DNA from: Roseateles sp.
Lineage (GTDB): Bacteria; Pseudomonadota; Gammaproteobacteria; Burkholderiales; Burkholderiaceae_C
Assembly: GCA_052436255.1 (NCBI GenBank)
Contig: JBQVNP010000011.1
Location: forward strand, 3,572 to 67,571
Reading direction: 5' to 3'
DNA: 64,000 nucleotides
Shown here: positions 54,522-64,000 of the stretch, piece by piece
Layout: each line of letters starts with the position of its first letter
Position numbering within the stretch: the first letter of the stretch is position 1
The notes under the pieces: generated by a model
The model's input: the letters and a program-made list of their open reading frames with translations, nothing else
Database searches by the model: none
What the model was told of the DNA's origin: nothing
Translations under genes and position numbers: made by a program

Positions 54522-56768
54522 ATGGAAATCTATCTCGACGCGAACGCCACCACGCCCGTGCTGCCCCAGGCCCGCGAGGCGGCGATGGCAGCGATGGCCG
54601 AAGACTTCGGCAACCCCAGCAGCATCCACAGCACCGGCCTGAAGGCGCGCGCGCTGATGGACGCCGTGCGTGCCCGGGCGCGGCGCGTGCTGGGCGCGGG
54701 CTGCGGCCGGCTGCTGTTCCTGAGCGGCGCGACCGAAGGCATCCAGACCGCCGTGCTGTCGGCGCTCGGCGCGCTTCGCGAAGCCGCAGTGAAGCCCGAA
54801 CTGCTGCTCTACGGCGCCACCGAGCACAAGGCCGTGCCCGAGGCCATCAGGCACTGGAACGCACTGCTCGGCCTGAACCTGCCGGCCCTGGCCATTCCAG
54901 TCGGCCGCGATGGCCGCCATGACCTGACCTGGCTGCGCGAGCACGCGCCGCGCGCCGGCCTCGTCTGCACCATGGCCGCGAACAACGAGACCGGCGTCAT
55001 CAGCGACCTCGACGGCATCGAGGCCGCGCTGGCCGGCAGCGCCGCGCTGTGGATGGTGGACGGCGTGCAGGCCCTGGGCAAGCTGCCGCTGCGGCTGGCC
55101 GAGCGCCGTATCGACTACGCACCGTTCTCCGGCCACAAGCTCTATGCGCCCAAGGGCATCGGCCTGCTCTATGTGCGCGACGGTGCGCCGTTCACGCCGC
55201 TGCTGGCCGGCGGTGGCCAGGAGGGCGCCCTGCGCTCGGGTACCGAGAACATGTCGGGCATCGCCGCCCTCGGCGCCGTGCTGGCAGCGCTGGAGGACGG
55301 CAGGTCATTTCGTGACTACGCGACGCTGCTCGCCTACCGCGACCGCCTGACCGAAGCGCTGCAGCAGGCCTTCCCCGGCCTCGTCTTCAATGCACCCCCT
55401 GAGCATTGCCTGCCAACGACGTTGAACTTTGCCGTGCCGGGCATCACCTCCAAGCTGCTGCTGGACCTGTTCGACGCCGCCGAGCTGCGCGTCAGCGGCG
55501 GTTCGGCCTGCAGCGCGGCCAAGGCGCAGCCCAGCTATGTGCTCGAAGCCATGGGCCTGCCCGCCTGGCAGACCGCCTCGGCGGTGCGACTTTCCTTTGG
55601 CCCGGTCGACGACGCTGCCTTCGTCGCCGAGGCCTGCGCGCGTATCCGCATCTGCGGCGAGTCGCTGCGCGAAAGCTGCCTGGACCCCAAGGCCCCAGGG
55701 CAGGCGCTGCCGGCCGACGGGTTGACCCGCTTCGTCATCGACGGTGCCTGCTGTTATCTGCTGGCCGACGCCGCCAGCCGGCGCGCCGTCGTCATCGACC
55801 CGTTGCCCGAGCTGACGCAGCGACTGGCCCAATGGATGAGCTGCCAGGGCTACGCACTCTCTGCCGTGCTGGACACCCACAGCCATGGTGACCACGCCTC
55901 GTCCGCGCCCGAACTGCTGGCCGCCGTGCAGCAGCCGCGCGGCGATGTCGATGCGCTGGGCTGGCCGCGCGGCGCGGAAGCGATCACGCTGGGTGCCTCG
56001 CGCTTGACCCGCCTGGCCGTCCCCGGCCATACCGAGGACTCGACCACCTATCTGCTGCGCGACGCAGGCGAGCTGCGCCTGGCCTTTGTCGGCGACACCG
56101 TCATGCCCGGCGCCCTGGGGCGCAGCGACTTCGAGCAGAGCGCGCCGCTGCAGTACGGCGCGTCGCTGGCCCGCCTGGAGCAGGCCGTCGGCCCGCACAC
56201 GCTGCTGCTGCCTGGCCATGACTACGACGACCGTTTTGCCAGCACCCTGGCGGTCGAATGTGCCGCCCAGCCGCTGCTGGCCGACGTGCTCAGCGGTCGC
56301 ATTGATGCAGCCGGTTTTGCCGCGGCCAAGGCGCAGCTGGAACAGGGCCTAGCCTTGACGCCGTACCAGACCGTGGCCTGCGGCGCGCGGGTCGACAGCG
56401 GCTGCGCGCTGATGTCGACCGAAGTCAGCCTGGACGACCTGCAAGCATCGCTGGCCCGCCACCCCGGCTTGCTGCTGGTGGACGTGCGCGAACCCTATGA
56501 GCAGCGACTTGGGCAGGCGCCCGAACTTGGCACCGCCGTCCAGCGCGAGGCCGTGCCACTGTCCGGCCTGCCCAATGCGTTGACGCGCTGGCTGGCCTTG
56601 CCGGCTGAGACACCCGTCGTCTTCTTCTGCCGCAGCGGCAACCGCAGCGTCCAGGCCGCGCGGGCATTGCGCCGGCTCGGCCATGAGCAGGCCTGGAGCC
56701 TCGGCGGCGGCCTGGCGCTCTGGCCGCGGGCTCTGGTCGGCACGGCCGATGCAGCCTTGGCGATCTAA
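54522..56768 (+). CDS. Cysteine desulfurase-MBL (persulfide dioxygenase-like)-rhodanese fusion
   Basis: [26 protein letters not shown]; HSHGDH...GHT...GD...GHDY; FFCRSGNRS. Confidence 0.9.
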   Translation: MEIYLDANATTPVLPQAREAAMAAMAEDFGNPSSIHSTGLKARALMDAVRARARRVLGAGCGRLLFLSGATEGIQTAVLSALGALREAAVKPELLLYGATEHKAVPEAIRHWNALLGLNLPALAIPVGRDGRHDLTWLREHAPRAGLVCTMAANNETGVISDLDGIEAALAGSAALWMVDGVQALGKLPLRLAERRIDYAPFSGHKLYAPKGIGLLYVRDGAPFTPLLAGGGQEGALRSGTENMSGIAALGAVLAALEDGRSFRDYATLLAYRDRLTEALQQAFPGLVFNAPPEHCLPTTLNFAVPGITSKLLLDLFDAAELRVSGGSACSAAKAQPSYVLEAMGLPAWQTASAVRLSFGPVDDAAFVAEACARIRICGESLRESCLDPKAPGQALPADGLTRFVIDGACCYLLADAASRRAVVIDPLPELTQRLAQWMSCQGYALSAVLDTHSHGDHASSAPELLAAVQQPRGDVDALGWPRGAEAITLGASRLTRLAVPGHTEDSTTYLLRDAGELRLAFVGDTVMPGALGRSDFEQSAPLQYGASLARLEQAVGPHTLLLPGHDYDDRFASTLAVECAAQPLLADVLSGRIDAAGFAAAKAQLEQGLALTPYQTVACGARVDSGCALMSTEVSLDDLQASLARHPGLLLVDVREPYEQRLGQAPELGTAVQREAVPLSGLPNALTRWLALPAETPVVFFCRSGNRSVQAARALRRLGHEQAWSLGGGLALWPRALVGTADAALAI

Positions 56769-57847
56769 AGGCTGTCGGCGACCCGTTCGGCCAGAGCCAG
56801 CGAGGCGGTCAGCCCGGGCGACTCGATGCCGAACAGGTTGACCAGCCCCGGTGTGGCGCAGTCGATGCGGAAGTCCGCCGCCGCCTCGCCCGGGCCGCTC
56901 AGCTTGGGCCGGATGCCGCTGTAGGCCGGCTGCAGTGCACCGGCGGGCAGCCCCGGCCAGTAGCCGCGCACCTCGGCCTCGAAAGCAGCACCAAGGGCCG
57001 GATCGACGGCATAGTCGAGCGCCGCCGGGTCGGTGTCTGGCAGCCATTGCACGTCCGGCCCGAAGCGCGCCTGACCGCCGAGGTCCAGCGTCAGGTGCAC
57101 GCCCAGGCCGCCGTCCACGGGCAGCGGATAGATCAGGCGCTTGAACGGCGCCCGGCCGGCCAGTGAGAAATAGTGGCCGCGCGCGAAGCACAGCCGCGGT
57201 GCCGGCGTGCCGAGCGACGCTGCCACACGCACGGCAAACAATCCGGCCGCGTTGACGACGCAGCGCGCACCCAGCTCAAAGTCCGCACCGACGCGCAGCC
57301 GCCAGCCGTTGCCGTCTCGCGCGCCGCCGGTGACCGGGCTGGCCAGTGCCAGCACCGCGCCGGCGGCCTCGGCATCGCCCAGCAGCGCCGTCAGCAGCCC
57401 ATGGCTGTCGACGATGCCGCTGGACGGCGACAACAAGGCGCCGACGGCCTGCAGCGCGGGCTCCAGCGCCAGCGCCTCGGCCCGGCTCAACAGGCGCAGG
57501 TCATCGACACCATGGGCCGCGCCGGCGGCCGCCAGCTGCGCCAGTCGCGGCAGGTCCTCGCTGCGCGTCGCCACGACGAGCTTGCCGCAGCGACGATGCG
57601 CAATGCCGCGCGCGGCGCAGTAGTCGTAGAGCAGCGCCTTGCCGCGCACGCACAGCTGCGCCTTCAGGCTGCCTGTCGGGTAGTAGAGCCCGGCGTGGAT
57701 GACCTCGCTGTTGCGCGAGGAGATGCCGGTACCGATGGCGCTGCCGGCCTCGATGATGACGACCTCACGGCCGCGCAAGGCCAGCTCGCGCGCGACGGCA
57801 AGGCCGACGACGCCGGCACCGATGACTGCGGTATCCACATGGTCCAT
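56765..57847 (-). CDS. FAD-dependent oxidoreductase (LhgO-like)
   Basis: [35 protein letters not shown]. Confidence 0.88.
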   Translation of the reverse strand: MDHVDTAVIGAGVVGLAVARELALRGREVVIIEAGSAIGTGISSRNSEVIHAGLYYPTGSLKAQLCVRGKALLYDYCAARGIAHRRCGKLVVATRSEDLPRLAQLAAAGAAHGVDDLRLLSRAEALALEPALQAVGALLSPSSGIVDSHGLLTALLGDAEAAGAVLALASPVTGGARDGNGWRLRVGADFELGARCVVNAAGLFAVRVAASLGTPAPRLCFARGHYFSLAGRAPFKRLIYPLPVDGGLGVHLTLDLGGQARFGPDVQWLPDTDPAALDYAVDPALGAAFEAEVRGYWPGLPAGALQPAYSGIRPKLSGPGEAAADFRIDCATPGLVNLFGIESPGLTASLALAERVADSL

Positions 57848-58002
57848 CACGAGAGTTTGCCTGCCTAAAATGCGCACGCGCCACGGGCTGTTGCCGCGGC
57901 GCCGTTCCTGCCGAGGGGTGCTGCGACGGAGGCCACGATGCCTCCGCCACGCTGGGTGGTGACGACCGGACAAGGGCGCCCTCTGTGAAGAAGAGGCTCC
58001 CC

Positions 58003-59199
58003 ATGCCGTCGCCGTCCCCATCGATACGCACCATCCTGCCCTTGGCCATCGTCACGGGCGTCAGCATGGCCGCGCTGGATCTCTATCTGCCCGCCGTGCC
58101 GGCCCTGCAATCGGGCCTGGGCATCAGCGTGCCCATGGCGCAGGCGACCGTGGCCGTCTACCTCGCCGGCCTGGCCGCTGCCCAGCTGCTGTGGGGCGAG
58201 CTGCTGAACCGCCTGGGCCCACGCCGCTGTATGGAGGTGGGCCTGGCGCTGCTTGCCATCACCAGCCTGGGCTGTGCGCTGGCGCCCAATATCGAGACGC
58301 TGCTGGTGCTGCGCCTGCTGCAGGGCGTGGCGGCCGGGGCGGCCACCATCGTGTCGCCCAGCGTCGTGCGCGCCACGCTGGCGGATGTCGACGTGGTGCG
58401 CGGTATCGCGGCCATCTCCATGGTTGAAGCCATCGTGCCGGCAGCTGCACCGGTGCTCGGCGCGCTGCTGCTGCGTGTGACGGACTGGCGTGGCACCTTC
58501 TGGGTGTTGATGGGCCTGTCGCTGCTCGTGCTGCCCTGGGTCGTCAAAATCGCGCCGCGCCGGCTGCCGGGGCTGGACATGGCCCACCACGCCAGCTATT
58601 TGGACATTGCGCGCAACCCACGCTTCCTGCGCCTGGCGCTGTCGCATGCGCTGTGCATCGGGGCGCTGCTCACCTTCCTGGCCAGCTCGCCGCAGCTGCT
58701 TCAGCACACGTTGGGCCTGGGCTCCGAGTCCTTTGCGATGCAGCAGGTCGTCGGCGTCGGCGCCTTCATGTTGTTCGCCACGCAGTCGGGCCGGCTGGCC
58801 GCCAAGCTGGGCCATGCCCGCCTGGTGTGGCTGGGCAATGCCGTGCAGTTGGCGGCGTGTTCGCTCGCCCTGGTCGCCGCGCTGGTGTGGGGCGCTCTGC
58901 CCTATGCGGCGCTGCTGGCCTACTGGTTCTGCTTCTGCGGCGCACTGGCCATTCGCGGGCCGGCGACCTTCGGCGACGCGCTGGCCGTGCCGCCCGCGCA
59001 GATGGGCCGGGCCACGGCCATGCTGGTCCTGGCGCTGCTGGCCGCGGGCGCTGTGGGTACGCAGGTCGTTGCACCTTTCATGGGCCGGGCCGACAGCACC
59101 GTGCCGCTTTTTTGCAGCGTGCTGTTGATGCTGCTGGCCAGCGCGGCGCTGGTGTGCCGCTATCCGGTGGCGCCGCCCGCTGCCGTGGCTGCCGGCTGA
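58003..59199 (+). CDS. Bcr/CflA-family MFS transporter
   Basis: [10 protein letters not shown]...[11 protein letters not shown]; about 12 hydrophobic helices. Confidence 0.88.
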   Translation: MPSPSPSIRTILPLAIVTGVSMAALDLYLPAVPALQSGLGISVPMAQATVAVYLAGLAAAQLLWGELLNRLGPRRCMEVGLALLAITSLGCALAPNIETLLVLRLLQGVAAGAATIVSPSVVRATLADVDVVRGIAAISMVEAIVPAAAPVLGALLLRVTDWRGTFWVLMGLSLLVLPWVVKIAPRRLPGLDMAHHASYLDIARNPRFLRLALSHALCIGALLTFLASSPQLLQHTLGLGSESFAMQQVVGVGAFMLFATQSGRLAAKLGHARLVWLGNAVQLAACSLALVAALVWGALPYAALLAYWFCFCGALAIRGPATFGDALAVPPAQMGRATAMLVLALLAAGAVGTQVVAPFMGRADSTVPLFCSVLLMLLASAALVCRYPVAPPAAVAAG

Positions 59200-59214
59200 C
59201 GCCGAGGCCGCCGT

Positions 59215-61032
59215 TCAGGCGGTGATCGGTTCGGTGCGCGCCAGCAGCCAGGCCAGCGCCGGGCCACTCACCAGCGGCTGCAGCCGCTCGCGCACCGTCG
59301 CGTGATAGCCGTTCAGCCACCCGATCTCGTCGGCGCGCATCAGGCCCAGGTCGATGCAGCGGGTGTCGATGGGGCAAAGCGTCAGCGTCTCGAACGCCAG
59401 CATCTCGCCGAAGGCATTGTTCTCCGGCGTGGCGACGGCCACGTTCATGACAAGGTTCTCGATGCGCACGCCCCACTGCCCCGGCCGGTACAGGCCGGGC
59501 TCGATGGAGGTGATCATGCCGGGCTCCATGGCCATCTGCGGCTCGGGGATGGCCTTGCTGATGCTCTGCGGGCCTTCGTGCACGTTCAGGAAGTAGCCCA
59601 CGCCGTGGCCGGTGCCGTGGCCGTAGTCCAGGCCGTGCTCCCACAGCGGCGCGCGGGCGATGGCATCCAGCATGGGGCTGAGCGTGCCGCGCGGGAAGCG
59701 GGTGCGCGACAGCGCCAGCGTGCCCTTGAGCACCAGCGTGTAGTCGCGCTTTTGCGCGGCGCTGACGGTGCCGATCGGCCAGACCCGCGTGATGTCGGTC
59801 GTGCCGCCGAGGTACTGGCCGCCGGAGTCGATCAGCAGCAGGCCGTCGCCCTCGATCTGCGCGAAGGATTCGGGCGTGGCGTGGTAATGGGGCAGGGCGC
59901 CATTGGCCATCCAGCCGGCGATTGTTGAAAAGCTCGGCCCGATGAAGTTCTTGCGCTTCCTGCGCGCGGCACTGAGCTGGGTGTCCACATCCAGCTCGCT
60001 CCAGCGCTCGCCGCGCGCCAGCGACGCCTCGAACTCTGCGTAGAACTCGCACATGGCCGCGCCGTCCTCGGCCATCGCCTCGCGGATGAAGACCGCTTCG
60101 GCGGCGGTCTTGCGGCTCTTCAGCAGCGTGCTCGGGTTGATCTGCTCGACGACGGCCACGCCCGCCGGCACGGCCTCACGCAGGCCCAGCGTCACGCGGC
60201 GCGGGTCGACCAGCAGCTTGGCGCTGGCAGGCAGCGTGGCCAGCGCCTCGGCGGCCTGGTCATAGCGCGCGAGCTGGATGCCATCGGCCGCCAGCCGCGC
60301 CGCCACGTCGGCGGGCACCTTGTCGTCGCCGATGAAGAGGCGGCCACCCACCGCATCCAGCAGCAGGTGGGCGATGAAGACGGGGTTGCACACCACGTCG
60401 GCACCGCGCAGGTTCAGCAGCCAGGCCACATCGTCCACGGTGGACACGAGGTGGTGGGTCGCGCTGATCATGGCCATCGCCGCACGCACGCGGGCCAGCT
60501 TGGCGGCGCGGCTGACGGCGGCCTGCGGCGGCAGGTGCTCGTAGACGGCGTCCGTCGGCAGGCCCGGGCGGTCGTCCCAGGCGGACTGGATCAGGTCGAC
60601 GTCGGTACGCAGCGTGATGCCCTTGCGGCCCAGGCCAGCGCGCAGTGCATTGGCCAGCGCCAGCCCAAGCACCTGGCCGTCCACCGCCAGCACCTGGCCG
60701 GGCTGCAGTTCATTGGCGATCCAGTCGATGTACTGCGTGGACGCGCCGGAGCTCATCTTCTCCAGCGCGATGCCGCTGCCGGCGAGCTGGGTCTCGGCCT
60801 GGGCCCAGTAGCGGGCGTCGGCGAACAGTGCGGCGCGGTCGCGCGTGATGACGAGGTTGCCGACCGAGCCGGTGAAGCCCGACAGCCACTGCCGGCCCTG
60901 CCAGCGCTCGGGCAGGTACTCGGACAGATGCGGGTCGGCGGAGGGCACCAGCACGGCGTGTGCGCCGTTGGCGTTCAGCGCGTCGCGGATGCGTTCGATG
61001 CGCAGACGGGTTTCATGGGTGCGGGCGTCCAT
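59215..61032 (-). CDS. Aminopeptidase P family (M24B)
   Basis: DPHLSEY, DSGGQYLGGTTDITR, HGTGHGVG..LNVHEGP, EPGLY...GVRIEN. Confidence 0.93.
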   Translation of the reverse strand: MDARTHETRLRIERIRDALNANGAHAVLVPSADPHLSEYLPERWQGRQWLSGFTGSVGNLVITRDRAALFADARYWAQAETQLAGSGIALEKMSSGASTQYIDWIANELQPGQVLAVDGQVLGLALANALRAGLGRKGITLRTDVDLIQSAWDDRPGLPTDAVYEHLPPQAAVSRAAKLARVRAAMAMISATHHLVSTVDDVAWLLNLRGADVVCNPVFIAHLLLDAVGGRLFIGDDKVPADVAARLAADGIQLARYDQAAEALATLPASAKLLVDPRRVTLGLREAVPAGVAVVEQINPSTLLKSRKTAAEAVFIREAMAEDGAAMCEFYAEFEASLARGERWSELDVDTQLSAARRKRKNFIGPSFSTIAGWMANGALPHYHATPESFAQIEGDGLLLIDSGGQYLGGTTDITRVWPIGTVSAAQKRDYTLVLKGTLALSRTRFPRGTLSPMLDAIARAPLWEHGLDYGHGTGHGVGYFLNVHEGPQSISKAIPEPQMAMEPGMITSIEPGLYRPGQWGVRIENLVMNVAVATPENNAFGEMLAFETLTLCPIDTRCIDLGLMRADEIGWLNGYHATVRERLQPLVSGPALAWLLARTEPITA

Positions 61033-61143
61033 GACGTTCCTTGTGGGAAGTGAGTGGAGAGGGGTGGGACCGGTGCTTCAATCTTAGGCGCCTGCCCAAG
61101 GCATCGCGCTGCGGTTCCGGTCAGTTCTTCGCGGCGTCGGGAA

Positions 61144-61974
61144 CTACAGCTCCGTCCGCAGCGTCCACAGCTCCGGGAACAGCACCACGTCGAGCATCTT
61201 GCGCAGATAGCTGACGCCGCCCGTGCCGCCCGTGCCGCGCTTGAAGCCGATGACGCGCTCCACGGTGGTCACGTGCCGGAAGCGCCAGAGGCGGAAGGCG
61301 TCCTCCAGGTCGACCAGCTCCTCGCCCATCTGGTAGAGGTCCCAGTGCGCTTGCGGCGCGCGGTAGACGGTCAGCCAGGCTTCCTTGACGCCCTCGTCGG
61401 CGGCATGGGGCTGGGTCCAGTCGCGCGCCAGGTTGGCCGCCGGCACGGGGATGCCGCGCCGCGCCAGCAGCTTCAGCGCCTCGTCGTAGAGCGACGGCGC
61501 CTCGTAGGCTTGCTTCACCTGCGCGAGCAGGTCGGGCCGGTGCTCGTGGGGCTTCAGCATCGCCGCGTTCTTGTTGCCCAGCATGAACTCGATGCGCCGG
61601 TACTGCGCGCTCTGGAAGCCGCTGCTCTTGGCCAGATAGGGCCGCACCGCGCTGTACTCGGGCGGCGTCATCGTGGCCAGCACATCCCAGGCGTGGACCA
61701 GCTGCTCCATGATGCGCGACACCCGCGCCAGCATCTTGAAGGCCTCGGGCAGGCGGTCGGCGGCCACATTGGCGATGGCCGCGTGCAGCTCATGCAGCAT
61801 CAGCTTCATCCACAGCTCCGAGGTCTGGTGCTGCACGATGAAGAGCATCTCGTTGTGGTCGGGCGAGAGCGGCTTCTGGGCGCTCAGGATGGCGTCGAGC
61901 TGCAGGTAGTCGCCGTAGCTCATGTCCTTGGAGAAATCGAGCTGGGCGCCGTGGTGTTGGATGGGCTCGCTCAA
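61144..61974 (-). CDS. kynA: Tryptophan 2,3-dioxygenase
   Basis: YGDYLQLD...HQTSELW...SGFQS.QYR...[11 protein letters not shown]. Confidence 0.95.
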   Translation of the reverse strand: MSEPIQHHGAQLDFSKDMSYGDYLQLDAILSAQKPLSPDHNEMLFIVQHQTSELWMKLMLHELHAAIANVAADRLPEAFKMLARVSRIMEQLVHAWDVLATMTPPEYSAVRPYLAKSSGFQSAQYRRIEFMLGNKNAAMLKPHEHRPDLLAQVKQAYEAPSLYDEALKLLARRGIPVPAANLARDWTQPHAADEGVKEAWLTVYRAPQAHWDLYQMGEELVDLEDAFRLWRFRHVTTVERVIGFKRGTGGTGGVSYLRKMLDVVLFPELWTLRTEL

Positions 61975-61976
61975 GG

Positions 61977-63230
61977 TCAGGTCACCTTCGATCGGCTGGT
62001 GAATTGCGGCGCATCCCAGGAGCGCGAGTCGAGGATCTGGCCCAGCACGTCTACCGCCCGCGCCACATCGGCAAAGCCGTTGTACAGCGGCGCAAAGCCG
62101 AAGCGCAGCAACTCCGGGTCGCCGGCACGGAAGTCGCCGATGACGCCGTGGTGGATCAGCGCCTGCATCACCGCATAGCCATCAATGCCCTGCGGCAGCG
62201 AGAACGACACCTGCGAGCCGCGCAGCGCCGAGTCGCGCGGCGTCGCGATGACGGCGCCCGGCGCGCGCTCCTCCACGCCGCCGATGAAGGCCTCGGTCAG
62301 CGCCAGCGACTTGTTGCGCAGCGCCTTGATGCCGCCCAGCTTCTGCGCCGCGTCGAACACGTCCAGCGCCGTGTCCAGCCCGGTCATTGCCAACACCGCC
62401 GGCGTGCCGCACTGGTATTGCTGGATGCCCGGCGCGGGCTGGTATTCGCTGTCGAAATCGAAGGGGTTGGCGTGGCCCAGCCACCCCGTCAGCGGCTGCC
62501 ACACCTGGCCCTCGTGGCGCGGGTGCATCCACACGAAGGACGGCGCGCCCGGGCCGCCGTTGAGGTATTTGTAACCGCAGCCGATGGCAAAGTCCGCCGC
62601 GCTGCCGAGCACGTCGATGGGCACCGCGCCGGCGCTGTGCGCCAGGTCCCACACGGCCAGCGCGCCGGCCTGCTGGGCCCAGCGCGTCAACAGGCCCATG
62701 TCGTGCATGCGCCCCGTGCGGTAGTTCACATGCGTCAGCATCAGCACGGCGCAGCGTTCGTCCAGCAGCGGCGGGATGTCCTCCGGCGTCTCGGCCAGGA
62801 TCAGCTCGCCGCCGTGGGCGCGGGCCACGCTCTGGGCGATGTAGTTGTCGGTCGGGAAATTGCTGCGCTCGCTGACGATGACGCGGCGCTGGCCCTGCTG
62901 CAGTTGCAGCGCGGCGTGCAGCACCTTGTAGAGATTGACGGAGGTCGAGTCCGCCACCAGCACCTCGCCGGCCCGCGCGCCCAGCCACGGCGCCAGCCGG
63001 TCGCCCAGGCGGCGCGGCAGGTCGATCCAGCCGGCGGTGTTCCAGCTCTTGATCAGGCCCTGGCCCCACTCCTGCTCCACCGCGCGCTGGATGCGCTCGG
63101 GGGTTGCCTTGGGCAACGCGCCGAGGGAGTTGCCGTCCAGGTAGGTGATGCCGTCCGGCAGCGTGAACAGGTCGCGCAGGCTGCGCAGCGGGTCGGCGGC
63201 ATCGAGCCGTTGGGCGTCTTCAAGATTCAT
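61977..63230 (-). CDS. kynU: Kynureninase
   Basis: YLDGNSLG...WDLAHSAGA...[11 protein letters not shown]. Confidence 0.95.
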   Translation of the reverse strand: MNLEDAQRLDAADPLRSLRDLFTLPDGITYLDGNSLGALPKATPERIQRAVEQEWGQGLIKSWNTAGWIDLPRRLGDRLAPWLGARAGEVLVADSTSVNLYKVLHAALQLQQGQRRVIVSERSNFPTDNYIAQSVARAHGGELILAETPEDIPPLLDERCAVLMLTHVNYRTGRMHDMGLLTRWAQQAGALAVWDLAHSAGAVPIDVLGSAADFAIGCGYKYLNGGPGAPSFVWMHPRHEGQVWQPLTGWLGHANPFDFDSEYQPAPGIQQYQCGTPAVLAMTGLDTALDVFDAAQKLGGIKALRNKSLALTEAFIGGVEERAPGAVIATPRDSALRGSQVSFSLPQGIDGYAVMQALIHHGVIGDFRAGDPELLRFGFAPLYNGFADVARAVDVLGQILDSRSWDAPQFTSRSKVT

Positions 63231-63880
63231 GGCAGTTCCCTCAGGATGGCGCGCACCGGGCTGGCACAGGCGCCTTGTAGTTTGAGTGGCAGGGCGATCA
63301 GCTCGTAGTCGCCCTCGGGGACGTCGTCGAGCACCAGGTTCTCCAGCACGCGCAGGTCGTGGCGGCGCAGCAGCTGGTGGCTGTCCAGCATCTTGGAGTC
63401 GGCCGGGTCCACGCTCGGCGTGTCGATGCCGATGAGGCGCACGCCACGCGCGGCCAGCCAATCGACGGCCTCGGGCGCATAGGCGGTGAAGGCGGGGTTC
63501 CACGCGGTGTCGGCCCTCTCGCAGCAGCGCACCAGCACGCGCGGCGGCAGGTCGGCTTCAGCGTGCTGCAGGTGCTCGACCGTGATCAGCGGTGCCGCGC
63601 CGATGGCGTGGATGACGCGGCAGCGGCCCAGGTAGGTGTCCAGCGGCACCTCCGCAATGGCTGGCGCGTCGTTGGCGTAGTGCAGCGGCGCATCGGCATG
63701 CGCGCCCACATGCGGGCTCATCGTGATGGCGCTGAGGTTGACCGGGCAGCCGGGCGACAGCTGGGCGGTCCAGCGCAGGCGGTAGGGCTCGTCACCCGGG
63801 AAGATGGGTGCGTCGGGGGCGACCGTGGGGGAGATGTCCCACAGCCGGAGCTGGGTGCGGGGAAAGAGGTTGGAGCTCAT
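63227..63880 (-). CDS. kynB: Kynurenine formamidase
   Basis: HVGAHADAPLHY...GIDTPSVD...LENL...ASPVRA; in operon with kynU and kynA. Confidence 0.93.
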   Translation of the reverse strand: MSSNLFPRTQLRLWDISPTVAPDAPIFPGDEPYRLRWTAQLSPGCPVNLSAITMSPHVGAHADAPLHYANDAPAIAEVPLDTYLGRCRVIHAIGAAPLITVEHLQHAEADLPPRVLVRCCERADTAWNPAFTAYAPEAVDWLAARGVRLIGIDTPSVDPADSKMLDSHQLLRRHDLRVLENLVLDDVPEGDYELIALPLKLQGACASPVRAILRELP

Positions 63881-64000
63881 GGCGGCGGCACCATAGCGTC
63901 GCGGGGGATGGCGTGGTGTCGGTTAAATCCAACTCCCTGTCAACCCGACGCGCCGCCGTCCGGGCCGTCACGCCGGCGTCGCGCCGATCCTCAGCGGCGG

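Noticed and set aside
1-64000. CRISPR array, reverse transcriptase, DGR or retron, IS transposase
   Set aside because: No regularly spaced repeats, no YxDD RT ORF, no template/variable repeat pair and no DDE transposase seen

Overview
Positions 1 to about 50,917 are most of an apparently intact HK97/lambda-like long-tailed temperate prophage in a high-GC betaproteobacterium (Burkholderiales-like; taxonomy is inference). Its left end and integrase lie before base 1. Its right end is a 3' fragment of tRNA-Val(TAC) (attR) just upstream of host ppiD. Gene order: leftward early operon (hypotheticals, a Thg1-like 3'-5' polymerase, beta-clamp-like protein, YqaJ/lambda-exo nuclease, Bet), immunity region (cI without a peptidase domain, two coupled cargo genes, cro, 15-bp operators), Rha/ANT antirepressor, CII-like protein, helicase-methylase fusion, replication initiator, NinB/NinG, Q-like antiterminator, a pR'-like promoter leading into ~800 nt of strongly structured non-coding DNA with an initiator-like tRNA-Met, then HNH, terminase, portal, ClpP protease, capsid, an 825-aa beta-helix protein, a second lambda-Int-like recombinase with a divergent micro-regulator inside the head-neck module, neck/tail genes with a -1 frameshift chaperone, tape measure, a minimal tail tip, lysis cassette and a LexA-boxed small gene. 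Bases ~51,000-64,000 are host genes: ppiD, tRNA-His, hemerythrin, isochorismatase, a cysteine desulfurase-MBL-rhodanese fusion, FAD oxidoreductase, MFS, aminopeptidase P and kynBUA. The best leads are the arm-less Int cassette, two homologous unannotated micro-regulators, the tRNA-embedding structured RNA region and the phage Thg1-like enzyme. All family assignments are by eye from motifs; no searches were run.
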